From contig NZ_CP064923.1 in assembly GCF_018336915.1 (NCBI RefSeq), positions 5,100,001 through 5,132,000 of the forward strand: a DNA stretch of 32,000 nucleotides, given 5' to 3'. Numbering within the stretch: the stretch's first letter is position 1; the number at the start of each line of letters is the position of its first letter. The notes beneath the pieces were generated by a model that was not told the DNA's origin, ran no database searches, and worked only from the letters and a program-made list of their open reading frames with translations. This document shows, one piece after another, positions 7,605-16,434 of the stretch. Both the position numbers and the translations under genes were made by a program. Source of the stretch: Acaryochloris marina S15 (GTDB lineage: Bacteria > Cyanobacteriota > Cyanobacteriia > Thermosynechococcales > Thermosynechococcaceae).

Positions 7605-8192
7605 CTAAACGATGGCCAAGGGCTTAATCACAGATGAAATCGCATTCGTAATCTCTTGGGGAGACAGACTGCCATCAATTTCCACCAAACATTGGCGACG
7701 CCGATAAAAGTCAATTAACGGGACAGTCTGTTCGTTATAAACCTGCAAACGCTGTCGGATCAGGTCTTCGCTATCATTCTGTCGACCTCGCTTTAGCATC
7801 CGCTCCACGAGTTTATTTTCGGGAACATCAAAGTACACCACCTGCCCATAGGGTTGTCCCATAATTTGCAGTAAGGTATCCAGAGCCTGGGACTGAGCCA
7901 GATTACGAGGAAACCCATCCAAAATCCATCCATGCTGGGTGGCGGGCGTGCCAAAGCTTTCCCGCATCAGGTCAACCATCAGCTGATCGGGCACGAGTTC
8001 TCCCGCTTCCATTTGGGCTTGGGCTTGTTTACCTAAGTCAGATTGGGATGCGATGGTTTCCAACCGGCCTTTGGCCATCGCATCTCGCAACAGATCCCCC
8101 GTAGACAGGCTGGGAATCCGCCAGCGGGCAGCCAAAGATGCTGCTTGGGTACTTTTGCCAGAACCCGGTGGGCCAAGAAAAACAAGTCGCAT
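7605..8192 (-). CDS. adk: Adenylate kinase (short-lid type)
   Basis: P-loop MRLVFLGPPGSGKSTQA; STGDLLR; ELVPD; ILDGFPRNLAQ; RGRQNDSED...R lid without a Zn-Cys4 motif. The track ORF starts at 8222. The internal ATG at 8192 gives the canonical N-terminus. The gene stands alone, not in a ribosomal-protein cluster. Confidence 0.9.
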   Translation of the reverse strand: MRLVFLGPPGSGKSTQAASLAARWRIPSLSTGDLLRDAMAKGRLETIASQSDLGKQAQAQMEAGELVPDQLMVDLMRESFGTPATQHGWILDGFPRNLAQSQALDTLLQIMGQPYGQVVYFDVPENKLVERMLKRGRQNDSEDLIRQRLQVYNEQTVPLIDFYRRRQCLVEIDGSLSPQEITNAISSVIKPLAIV

Positions 8193-8584
8193 AGGGGTAG
8201 GGAGGAATGACAGGACAACCAAAAATGTTCTGAAAAACGCTGTGAATTAGAGGAGAAAACCCACTAACCCAGCTCAATATGTAATTGGAACAAGAAGCTT
8301 ATCTTTTGATGTCAACGTTGCTCTAGATGGTGAGTATAAGAAGATCCAAAGGAACTCATAACCTTCACTTAATCAAGAGAATGAAGCTTTTTCTGTAACA
8401 TCCCCTTTACTATACACTGAATCCGATCCATCCCCAGTCTCAGCAGCGGTGAACGGAGATAAATGGGCTTCTTAGGGTTCTTAAGGTCTATTCCTAAAGG
8501 GAAATGGGCTAGGCAGAGGGACCGCTTTGGGTCATGCTAGAAATCGTGAGTTTTCTCAAGCAGCTTTTTTTTGGAGGTTCAGAT

Positions 8585-9292
8585 ATGAGCGCAGTTGATC
8601 CCGTTAAGTTAATGAAACAACAGGTGGGCAAAGCCGCAGCAGATCGGGTTCAGTCTGGCTCAGTGATCGGGTTGGGAACCGGGTCCACCACGGCATTTGC
8701 CATTCAGTTTTTAGGTGATCGGATTAAGTCAGGTGAATTAACCGATATCAAAGGCATTCCCACCTCCTTTCAAGCCTCCGTATTGGCCAAGCAATATGGC
8801 ATCCCCTTAACTACTCTGGATGAAGTCGATCGGATTCATATCGGCATTGATGGAGCAGACGAAGTCGATCCTCAGAAAAATTTGATTAAAGGCGGAGGCG
8901 CTGCCCATACCCGCGAGAAGGTGGTGGATTCCCTGGCCGAGCAATTTATTGTGGTGGTGGATCAATCCAAAATTGTCGATAAATTGGGATCGACTTTCCC
9001 CGTGCCTGTAGAGGTATTACCCATGGCGATCGCCCCTGTCGTCAAAGCCTTAGAAAAGCTAGGCGGCAAGCCAGAACTGCGCATGGGCATCAAAAAAGAT
9101 GGTCCCGTGATTACCGACCAGGGCAACATGGTATTGGATGTCACCTTCAGCGCCATTCCCAATCCTCCTGAGCTGGAGAAAATCATCAACAATATTCCGG
9201 GCGTGCTGGAAAACGGCATCTTCGTGGGCATGACCGATATTGTCTTAATCGGTGAGATTAAAGACGGAACTCCCATCGTTCGCGAGATGTAA
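8585..9292 (+). CDS. rpiA: Ribose-5-phosphate isomerase A
   Basis: Motifs [39 protein letters not shown] at 8585 with GGAGG 7 nt upstream is preferred over the track start at 8534. Confidence 0.9.
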   Translation: MSAVDPVKLMKQQVGKAAADRVQSGSVIGLGTGSTTAFAIQFLGDRIKSGELTDIKGIPTSFQASVLAKQYGIPLTTLDEVDRIHIGIDGADEVDPQKNLIKGGGAAHTREKVVDSLAEQFIVVVDQSKIVDKLGSTFPVPVEVLPMAIAPVVKALEKLGGKPELRMGIKKDGPVITDQGNMVLDVTFSAIPNPPELEKIINNIPGVLENGIFVGMTDIVLIGEIKDGTPIVREM

Positions 9293-9299
9293 TTGACTT

Positions 9300-9330
9300 G
9301 CAGGGTAAGAACTACAAGCTCTTATCCTGC
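9300..9330. terminator. Hairpin between convergent rpiA and cysK (possible terminator)
   Basis: 11-bp stem gcagggtaaga (9300-9310) / tcttatcctgc (9320-9330) with one G:U pair on the plus strand and a 9-nt loop. No clear U-tract on either strand, so the function is uncertain. Confidence 0.3.
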
Positions 9331-9372
9331 TCACCGCTGACTCATACTGGCGGCACGCACAAATTCAAACCG

Positions 9373-10317
9373 CTAATGAGATTCGGCATCATGGAACAGG
9401 GGTGTACTGAGATAGCGCTCACCAAAGCTAGGCTGAATCATCACAATCAATTTGTCTTTATTTTCAGGTCGTTTCGCCACTTGGATGGCAGCACATAGAG
9501 CCGCGCCGGATGAGATCCCAGAGAGCAATCCTTCTTCCCGCGCTAACCGCCGACCATAAGCGATGGCATCGTCATCATTGACCAGAATCACTTCATCAAT
9601 CAGATCCACTTTTAAAACGGGAGGCACAAATCCCGCGCCGATCCCTTGGATTTTGTGGGGACCGGGAGATCCGCCAGATAAGATCGGGCTGCCTTCCGGC
9701 TCCACTGCGATCGCCTGAAACGATTTCTTCCGAGCTTTTAAAACTTCTGCCACCCCGGTCAAGGTACCCCCCGTTCCCACTCCGGCAATTAAGAAATCTA
9801 CTTTGCCATCGGTATCGGCCCAAATCTCCTCTGCTGTGGTTTGGCGATGAATTTGGGGATTAGCTGGATTACGAAACTGCTGCAGCATATAGGCATTGGG
9901 GAGAGTATCCACTAGCTCCTGGGCCCGTTCGATACAGCCCCGCATCCCTTCTGTGCCTGGGGTCAGCTCCAACTCAGCACCATAGGCCCGCAGCATCGCC
10001 CGGCGCTCGGCACTCATGGTTTCCGGCATCGTTAAAATCAGGCGATAGCCTTTGGCCGCCGCCACCATTGCTAAGGCAATCCCCGTATTACCAGAGGTGG
10101 GTTCCACCAATACCGTGATGCCAGGATGAATCAGTCCTTGCTTTTCAGCAATAGCAATCATATTGCTACCAATCCGATCTTTCACTGAAGAGGACGGATT
10201 GAGGCTCTCCAGCTTGATAACAATTTTGGCAAGGCACCCTTCCATCTTGGGAATGCGATTGAGTTGAATGAGCGGCGTTTTACCAATCAGTTCAGTAATA
10301 TCGTGGGCAATACGCAT
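9373..10317 (-). CDS. cysK: Cysteine synthase A (O-acetylserine sulfhydrylase)
   Basis: 314 aa. PLP-lysine motif [11 protein letters not shown]; [10 protein letters not shown]; [10 protein letters not shown]. Confidence 0.9.
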   Translation of the reverse strand: MRIAHDITELIGKTPLIQLNRIPKMEGCLAKIVIKLESLNPSSSVKDRIGSNMIAIAEKQGLIHPGITVLVEPTSGNTGIALAMVAAAKGYRLILTMPETMSAERRAMLRAYGAELELTPGTEGMRGCIERAQELVDTLPNAYMLQQFRNPANPQIHRQTTAEEIWADTDGKVDFLIAGVGTGGTLTGVAEVLKARKKSFQAIAVEPEGSPILSGGSPGPHKIQGIGAGFVPPVLKVDLIDEVILVNDDDAIAYGRRLAREEGLLSGISSGAALCAAIQVAKRPENKDKLIVMIQPSFGERYLSTPLFHDAESH

Positions 10318-10389
10318 AGTGAAAGTCTCTGCTTATCAGTTCGGTCAAGGAGGGAAGCGTAGCTCAGGCAACTGAGGCCTGCCCTTAGT

Positions 10390-10827
10390 TTAGATGTAAT
10401 ACATTAAGTCAATTTGTTTTTTAGCATCTCTGCGATCGCAAAGATCTTGCAACGTACAATTCTTGAGGATCTGACTCGCCGCCTGATCTGCTTCTTGCCA
10501 CAGTTCCTGGACCACGGCTTTCTCCGTCGTCAGTCCCGGTTGAGGCAGGGCGTTCGGTTGTGCGTCTCTCCCTTCTATACAGTTAATGATTTCTAGAAGG
10601 GTAATTTTCCAGGGTTCACGGGCCAATAAATATCCGCCGCGAGCCCCCCGCTGAGAGCAGACTAAACCTGAACGACGCAGGATTGCCAGGAGCTGTTCTA
10701 AATATCGATCGGGAATATGTTGTTGGGCTGCAATTTGGCGGATTCGTAGCGGCTCCCCTTGAGGGTAGTGATCCACCAGGGACAGTAACGCCAACACCGC
10801 ATATTCACATTTACATGACAATTCCAC
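10390..10827 (-). CDS. Rrf2-family transcriptional regulator
   Basis: 145 aa with a GTG start. CKCEYAVLALLSL...PLRIRQIAAQQHIPDRYLEQLLAILRRSGLVCSQRGARGGYLLA is the Rrf2 wHTH signature. It lies 72 bp upstream of cysK on the same strand. Confidence 0.85.
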   Translation of the reverse strand: MELSCKCEYAVLALLSLVDHYPQGEPLRIRQIAAQQHIPDRYLEQLLAILRRSGLVCSQRGARGGYLLAREPWKITLLEIINCIEGRDAQPNALPQPGLTTEKAVVQELWQEADQAASQILKNCTLQDLCDRRDAKKQIDLMYYI

Positions 10828-10941
10828 AGGGCAAGCCCCCCTGAGGCAACGACAGCCTTGGACCTAGTATACTCCGGTTCTCCATCGGAGTTTAGGGATT
10901 ATCATGTCTGGCCCCAACCTCAGGGGGCAAGAGACCAAAAC

Positions 10942-11781
10942 TCACCCTAATTCAATTCCCATCCAGCCATACAGCCACAAAATCCCCTGCTGATAGCCCG
11001 TCCAAATGTGAGCCCCCCACATCATGCAAAGCAATGCTCCCAGCACGAGGAATGGGCCAAAAGGAATGTACTGAAATCGACCGATCTTGCCAAAAGTTCG
11101 ACCTCCTAGCCCCACAATTGAACCGACTAGACAGGAGAGAAATAGGGTTAGCAAGACATATCGCCATCCTAACCAAGCACCAATCATCGCCATCAGTTTG
11201 CTATCGCCGCCGCCCATGGCGACACGGCCAAAAGCCAGGTGGGCCAGGAAACCAATCACATCAATCAGCCAGATCCCCGCAATCACGCCTAAAGCACCGA
11301 AGGTAAACCCTTGGGCCGCCCCCACAAGACCATTTTGATGCCAGCCGACTAGAGTCTGAAACGTAATGCCTGAGATCACACCTAACTGGGTCAGGGGATT
11401 AGGCAGTAACATCACATCTAAATCGATCAGAGCCAGGGAAATGAGCACGCTGGCAAACAGCCAATAACCCAAGGTTTGCAGTTGATAGCCAAAAACCAAG
11501 AAGATCCCCAGAAACATGCAGGCTGTGGCTGCTTCAACTAAGGGATACCGACTAGCTATCGGGGTTTTACAATAGCGACATTTGCCTTGAAGCCACAGCC
11601 AACCTAGAACAGGGATATTGTCATAAGGCTTCAGTGGGGTGTGACATTTAGGGCAGCGAGAGGGGGGATGGAGTAAAGATAAGCCCTCGGGTAGCCGATA
11701 AATTACGACATTCAAAAAGCTACCGACCGAAGCCCCCAGGCTAATCACCAGTCCATAGATAAAGATTTCTGCCCAACTCAT
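10942..11781 (-). CDS. pilD: Type IV prepilin peptidase / N-methyltransferase (A24 family)
   Basis: 279 aa. Cys motifs CPKCHTPLKPYDNIPVLGWLWLQGKCRYCKTPI; multi-TM; GGGDSKLMAMIGAWLG with the catalytic Asp. Confidence 0.9.
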   Translation of the reverse strand: MSWAEIFIYGLVISLGASVGSFLNVVIYRLPEGLSLLHPPSRCPKCHTPLKPYDNIPVLGWLWLQGKCRYCKTPIASRYPLVEAATACMFLGIFLVFGYQLQTLGYWLFASVLISLALIDLDVMLLPNPLTQLGVISGITFQTLVGWHQNGLVGAAQGFTFGALGVIAGIWLIDVIGFLAHLAFGRVAMGGGDSKLMAMIGAWLGWRYVLLTLFLSCLVGSIVGLGGRTFGKIGRFQYIPFGPFLVLGALLCMMWGAHIWTGYQQGILWLYGWMGIELG

Positions 11782-11911
11782 ACCTTTATGCGCACGGATA
11801 TCCAGATCCCAGGGTGGATCACGGCTATCTTTTGAGTGCTTCTCCTTGATGTTTGAAGGGAGAAAACCTCTGCCAGAGAAGTTCCACTCCTATAGGCAGG
11901 ATACCCACTCT

Positions 11912-12196
11912 CTAATTGAGTTCGATATCTTCGGGTTGAGATGGCTCGTCGATTTCGATTTGTTCAGCAGAGATAAAACATTCATGGGGCAGCAAGATGG
12001 GTTGCTCAGAAAAAATCAGTTGTCCGCGCCCTGTATTCCGATCCATTGCCACCCCAACAGGAGGCTGTGCATCGATATGGATCTGGCAATAGGATTGATA
12101 TGCCTCACGAGCAGTTGCCAACATCATGTCTGGAGATGGCAATTGAATCGCTTCAGAATGTCGATTTTGATCAGGGGGATTATGAACGAAAGTCAC
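11912..12196 (-). CDS. Hypothetical small protein (uncertain)
   Basis: A 94-aa ORF with a GTG start; an internal ATG-ATG would give 71 aa. It overlaps a 125-aa plus-strand ORF. The minus-strand product has the more protein-like composition, while the plus product is rich in C/R/W. No family recognised. Confidence 0.3.
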   Translation of the reverse strand: MTFVHNPPDQNRHSEAIQLPSPDMMLATAREAYQSYCQIHIDAQPPVGVAMDRNTGRGQLIFSEQPILLPHECFISAEQIEIDEPSQPEDIELN

Positions 12197-12614
12197 TCGA
12201 ATATCCCTGTTTTACTAGGTTGAATTACCTGTAATTTGTAGCAAGAAACCTCTATTTCAGCAAGGGCAAAGATAGAATTTACCGATAAAAAGTTGTACTT
12301 ATTCTCATTTTTTGAGGCCAATAATCCACAAAAGGAGTGATGAATTGAGAGTCAACATCTCTTGAATCAGCCTGACCATCCCCCTAGCCAGGTATTCTCA
12401 TTCGCAGTGTCCGGTGATTTTAGGGGCAATAAAACGAAACTATTCTAAAATGCGATGGACATCTTCTGGTTATTGCCGTCTGCATAGATGAATAATGACC
12501 GATCAATCATGGGGACACCTAGGGATTTGGCTGATTCCTAATTGCGATCGCAGGCTTTACCTAAGTTAGTGAAGTTGTGCATACTGACCTCTACACCTTG
12601 GATTTAACTCAACC

Positions 12615-14303
12615 ATGAGCGAACGACCCACTCGACCGACCCGACCCAACCGATCTAAGCTGGCCAAGCGGAAGCCGCAAAAAAACCAGTCACGGACTTT
12701 GATGTTGACCTTGGGTGGCGCAGCGTTGCTGGTGGTAGGCGGTACCCTCGCGTTCTTTCTGCTTCAAGGTGAAGAGAAAGCGGGGCCTTTACCCCTAGGT
12801 TCCAAAGTAGTGCCCAGAGATGTGATGTTAAGCGTCACCCTCAATACCGGGGGTAACCAATGGCAACAAATCGCCCAGTTCGGCACCCCTGACACTCAAA
12901 AGACGTTGCAAGACCGGCTCCAGCAACTAGAGACGGACGTATTGAAACCCAATGGCCTGTCCTATAAAGCCAATATCCAGCCCTGGGCCGCCAATCAACT
13001 GACCATGGCTCTGTTGCCCCCCACGGTGGAATCGGTGGAGGAGCAAAGCCAACAAGCCACCATTTGGATAGTGCCCATTCGAGATCAAGGCCAATTTGAA
13101 AAAGTCTTTCAAAATAAGCTGACTGCTGCTAATTCGACAGATACGCGCACCTATAAAGAAACAAAGGTGTATGAATTTGATGCAGAGGATGGCAAACGCT
13201 ATGGTTTTGCCACGTTAGATAATCGCTGGTTAGTGTTTACATCCGCCGATGCCCCCATCAACGCCGTTATCGATACCCATAAAGGGAAGCCCGCCTTAGC
13301 CGATGTGCCCCGCTATCAAGAGGCCCTCAAAGAAATCGAAAACGATGCTGCGATCGCAAAGGTCTATATTAATGTCCCCATCGCCGCGGCTCAGATGAGT
13401 CGCGTGCCCTTATCTCCGGCCAGCCAGGAACGCATTCAGAGTGTTCAGGGGATTGGCTCAACCCTGATGGTAGTCAAGGATGGCATCCAATTTAAGGCGA
13501 TCTCCTGGCTAAAGCCCGATGCCAAAGACACCTTAGAGACCAAAAACGAGGCTAAAGATATTGCCAAACATTTACCCGACGATACGTTATTGATGACCTC
13601 GGGAGGGAATTTTCAACAGGTCTGGCGGGACTATGCCCAGGGAAATTTAGCCAAACTGGTGTTTCCCCTCAATCCCAAAGCTTGGAATGATGACCTGAGC
13701 AAACGCACGGGCATTGACTTCAATAACCAGTTTGTTAGCTGGATGGATGGCGAATTCTCTACCGCCATCATCCCTGCCCAAACCAAGGATAAAAAAGGGG
13801 TCGGGATCGTTTTCTTAGCGAAGGCCAAAGATCGGACCACCGCCAATCAGGCCTTTCGAGCCCTCGATGAGGCCATGCGCGATCGCTTTAATTTTCTAGT
13901 GACTGAATCCAAAGTGGGGAAGAAAACCGTAACGAACTGGAAGGTGCCTCCCGGACTCCCCATTGCCAGTCATGGCTGGTTAGATAATGATGTGGCCTTT
14001 TTTACCCTTGGGGCTCCCATCGCCAACCGCTTGCTCCCGGCTCCGAAGACAAATTTAACCCAAGCCGCGAGCTTTAAAGGGGCCACTACTTCAGACTTGG
14101 ACCCCAATAACGGCAATTTCTATATTGATATGCCGCGCATGCTGGGATTGCTAGACACCAATCCCCTACTGCCAAAACTGACGCCAGACACCACAAAATT
14201 TATGCAAGGGATTGAAACAATTGGCGTGACGACAGCCATTAACAATGAGTGGAGTACCCGCTACGACATTCATGTCAAACTAAAGAAGAAGAAAGAATCC
14301 TAG
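12615..14303 (+). CDS. Membrane-anchored conserved hypothetical protein (possibly the cyanobacterial DUF3352 family)
   Basis: 562 aa. It has a basic N-terminus, one TM helix (LMLTLGGAALLVVGGTLAFFLL) and a large soluble domain. The DUF3352 assignment is from memory of the architecture and is not verified. Confidence 0.6.
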   Translation: MSERPTRPTRPNRSKLAKRKPQKNQSRTLMLTLGGAALLVVGGTLAFFLLQGEEKAGPLPLGSKVVPRDVMLSVTLNTGGNQWQQIAQFGTPDTQKTLQDRLQQLETDVLKPNGLSYKANIQPWAANQLTMALLPPTVESVEEQSQQATIWIVPIRDQGQFEKVFQNKLTAANSTDTRTYKETKVYEFDAEDGKRYGFATLDNRWLVFTSADAPINAVIDTHKGKPALADVPRYQEALKEIENDAAIAKVYINVPIAAAQMSRVPLSPASQERIQSVQGIGSTLMVVKDGIQFKAISWLKPDAKDTLETKNEAKDIAKHLPDDTLLMTSGGNFQQVWRDYAQGNLAKLVFPLNPKAWNDDLSKRTGIDFNNQFVSWMDGEFSTAIIPAQTKDKKGVGIVFLAKAKDRTTANQAFRALDEAMRDRFNFLVTESKVGKKTVTNWKVPPGLPIASHGWLDNDVAFFTLGAPIANRLLPAPKTNLTQAASFKGATTSDLDPNNGNFYIDMPRMLGLLDTNPLLPKLTPDTTKFMQGIETIGVTTAINNEWSTRYDIHVKLKKKKES

Positions 14304-14349
14304 TCGCCCTGGCGCGGCAGACCCACAACATTCAGATTGGAGGTTTCTC

Positions 14350-14628
14350 ATGGCTGCAAGGTTAGATGATGCGACCATTCGTGAACGGGCACAGTCCCTC
14401 GCCGGTTGGACCGTAGACGGCCAATCCCTCAAAATCACCCGCAGGTTCAAGGATTTTTTGGCGGCTATGGCTTTTGTCAATCGCCTGGTAGACCCTGCTG
14501 AAGCCGCAGGCCATCACCCCGATATTTATATCAGCTATAACCGGGTCGATATTACCCTCACTACCCATGATGCGGGGGGACTGACGGAAATGGATTTCCA
14601 AATGGCCCAAACGATTTCTAATCTATAG
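14350..14628 (+). CDS. Pterin-4-alpha-carbinolamine dehydratase (PCD/DCoH)
   Basis: 92 aa. [28 protein letters not shown]...[30 protein letters not shown] is the PCD signature. GGAGG lies 7 nt upstream of the ATG. Confidence 0.9.
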   Translation: MAARLDDATIRERAQSLAGWTVDGQSLKITRRFKDFLAAMAFVNRLVDPAEAAGHHPDIYISYNRVDITLTTHDAGGLTEMDFQMAQTISNL

Positions 14629-14651
14629 AACTAGATCTAGACGGACAACCT

Positions 14652-15434
14652 ATGAGCGACCGCACATTACCCAATCGATCTGACGTGTGGCTGCAAACCT
14701 TGGGCTGGCAACCGACCTCGGAGCAGGAACAGCAGTTTGAACGCTTGTTTCAGCAAATTCTGCGGGCTAATCAGCAGCTTAATCTCACCCGAATTACGGA
14801 TCCCCAAGACTTCTGGGAAAAACACCTGTGGGATTCTCTCGTGGGTATTGCGCCTTGGTTGCCGCCTGGCTCTCCTATACCTACTTGGCTCCAAGACCTA
14901 GCGAGCTTATCTACAGACCTCAACCAAGCCATGCGGGTGATCGATATTGGTACAGGGGGTGGGTTTCCGGGTTTACCGATCGCAATCATCAAACCGACCT
15001 GGCCCATTACTCTACTCGACTCCACCCAAAAGAAGCTGACCTTTCTAGAACAGGCAACGGCTGACCTGGGGTTGGAGAATGTGGAGGGGTGTTGCGATCG
15101 CGCTGAAAATCTAGGCCAACAGTCCCCCTATAGAGAATCCTTTGATCTGGCCCTCGTTAGAGCCGTGGGTCCAGCCTCAGTCTGCGCTGAATATGCACTC
15201 CCTTTATTAGCCTTGCAAGGCTATGCCGTGCTGTATCGCGGCCAATGGACAACGGAAGAGCAGGAGGGATTAAAGGCTGTGGCATCCAAACTTGGAGGAG
15301 AGGTCGTGGCGGTATTGCCTGTGAAGATGCCCCATTCTCCAGGCATCCGGCACTGTATCTATCTCCGCAAAACCCAACCCACCGATCCCAAATTTCCGCG
15401 ACGAGTGGGCGTGCCTACCCGTAAACCGCTGTAA
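14652..15434 (+). CDS. rsmG: 16S rRNA (guanine527-N7)-methyltransferase
   Basis: [21 protein letters not shown]; SAM motif [17 protein letters not shown]; [12 protein letters not shown]. Confidence 0.9.
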   Translation: MSDRTLPNRSDVWLQTLGWQPTSEQEQQFERLFQQILRANQQLNLTRITDPQDFWEKHLWDSLVGIAPWLPPGSPIPTWLQDLASLSTDLNQAMRVIDIGTGGGFPGLPIAIIKPTWPITLLDSTQKKLTFLEQATADLGLENVEGCCDRAENLGQQSPYRESFDLALVRAVGPASVCAEYALPLLALQGYAVLYRGQWTTEEQEGLKAVASKLGGEVVAVLPVKMPHSPGIRHCIYLRKTQPTDPKFPRRVGVPTRKPL

Positions 15435-15487
15435 GTTCACACCTATTTATTGTTTTTGCACCTAAGTTATTGCACCTAAAATTAGCG

Positions 15488-16168
15488 CTATCGATAGGCT
15501 TCTAAGCCACCAATCCAGGTGACAAGAGCACAGCGCATTCCTGCGGTCATAGCGGTAACACGATGCAAAGTATAGCTAGGGAATATAACGAGGGTGCCCC
15601 GGGAGCGAGGCATCAGGACAGGCTTTTGAGTGGCATGGAGTTCTAGTCCACCGCCTACGTAGGTATCCGGGTCTGAGAGCTGCACCGAGACGGACAGCTT
15701 CCGCAAGCCACTCCGCCGCGACCCAATATCCTGATGCCAGGTGTAATGGCCACCGGGTTCATATTCCGTGAGTTGAATAGAGCTTTCAAATCCATCTAGC
15801 CGAAACTGCCAGTTTTCAGCATTGACCTGGGCAACGTGGTTCATGATTTTTTCGTAGATCCACACGCTGTCTGGGTATTCGTTTAGCCGTAGCCAGCGGA
15901 GGGTGCTGTCGCGGGTTGCTTTGTGGACCGCTTTACCGCCCACTTCTCCAGTCATGGTTTTGACTTTGGAAAAGTAAGTTTCGATGGCATCACATTCTTG
16001 ATCGCTAAAGCAATGCTCTAGAGCGACATATTTGCTAATGGTGGCGTCGTTGGGGTTTTCGGAAACAAATTGAATTTTGGTCTCAACCTGCCGATCCATC
16101 AACTGGATGTTATAGACCTGTTGGTTGATGACTTTATATTCAACGTTGGATTGGGCAAGGTCAGGCAT
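15488..16168 (-). CDS. 2-oxoglutarate/Fe(II)-dependent oxygenase (prolyl-4-hydroxylase-like)
   Basis: 226 aa. HxD...H facial triad candidates WHQDIG and YTLHRV, with a distal Arg in RCALVTW. GGGLEL and LVIFPS are typical double-stranded beta-helix strands. Confidence 0.8.
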   Translation of the reverse strand: MPDLAQSNVEYKVINQQVYNIQLMDRQVETKIQFVSENPNDATISKYVALEHCFSDQECDAIETYFSKVKTMTGEVGGKAVHKATRDSTLRWLRLNEYPDSVWIYEKIMNHVAQVNAENWQFRLDGFESSIQLTEYEPGGHYTWHQDIGSRRSGLRKLSVSVQLSDPDTYVGGGLELHATQKPVLMPRSRGTLVIFPSYTLHRVTAMTAGMRCALVTWIGGLEAYR

Positions 16169-16434
16169 AGTGGCTTGGGCACAAGGACTGCATATTATCG
16201 AGATTGTATCTTTATCTACGGCTTGGCTAGGGAGGGTGCAGCTTTTCTTTAGCTTGGGGTTTGATAAAAAATGAACGACTAATCATCACCATTGATGGCC
16301 AAATTCTAGGTAGATTTTGGGGTTTTTATTCGTCACTTTTTAGCTTAAAGCTATCTTAAAAATATCCTGACAAAAGATACTTCATCCATGATTTCAGGAT
16401 TAAATAAGGTAATCTTGCCAAATCCACTTGAATT

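Noticed and set aside
9298-9498. 66-aa plus-strand ORF after rpiA
   Set aside because: It overlaps the 3' end of cysK on the opposite strand and has no motif or RBS.
11846-12223. 125-aa plus-strand ORF overlapping the 94-aa minus-strand ORF
   Set aside because: The product is rich in Cys/Arg/Trp and looks non-protein-like. I list the minus-strand ORF instead, and even that only at low confidence.
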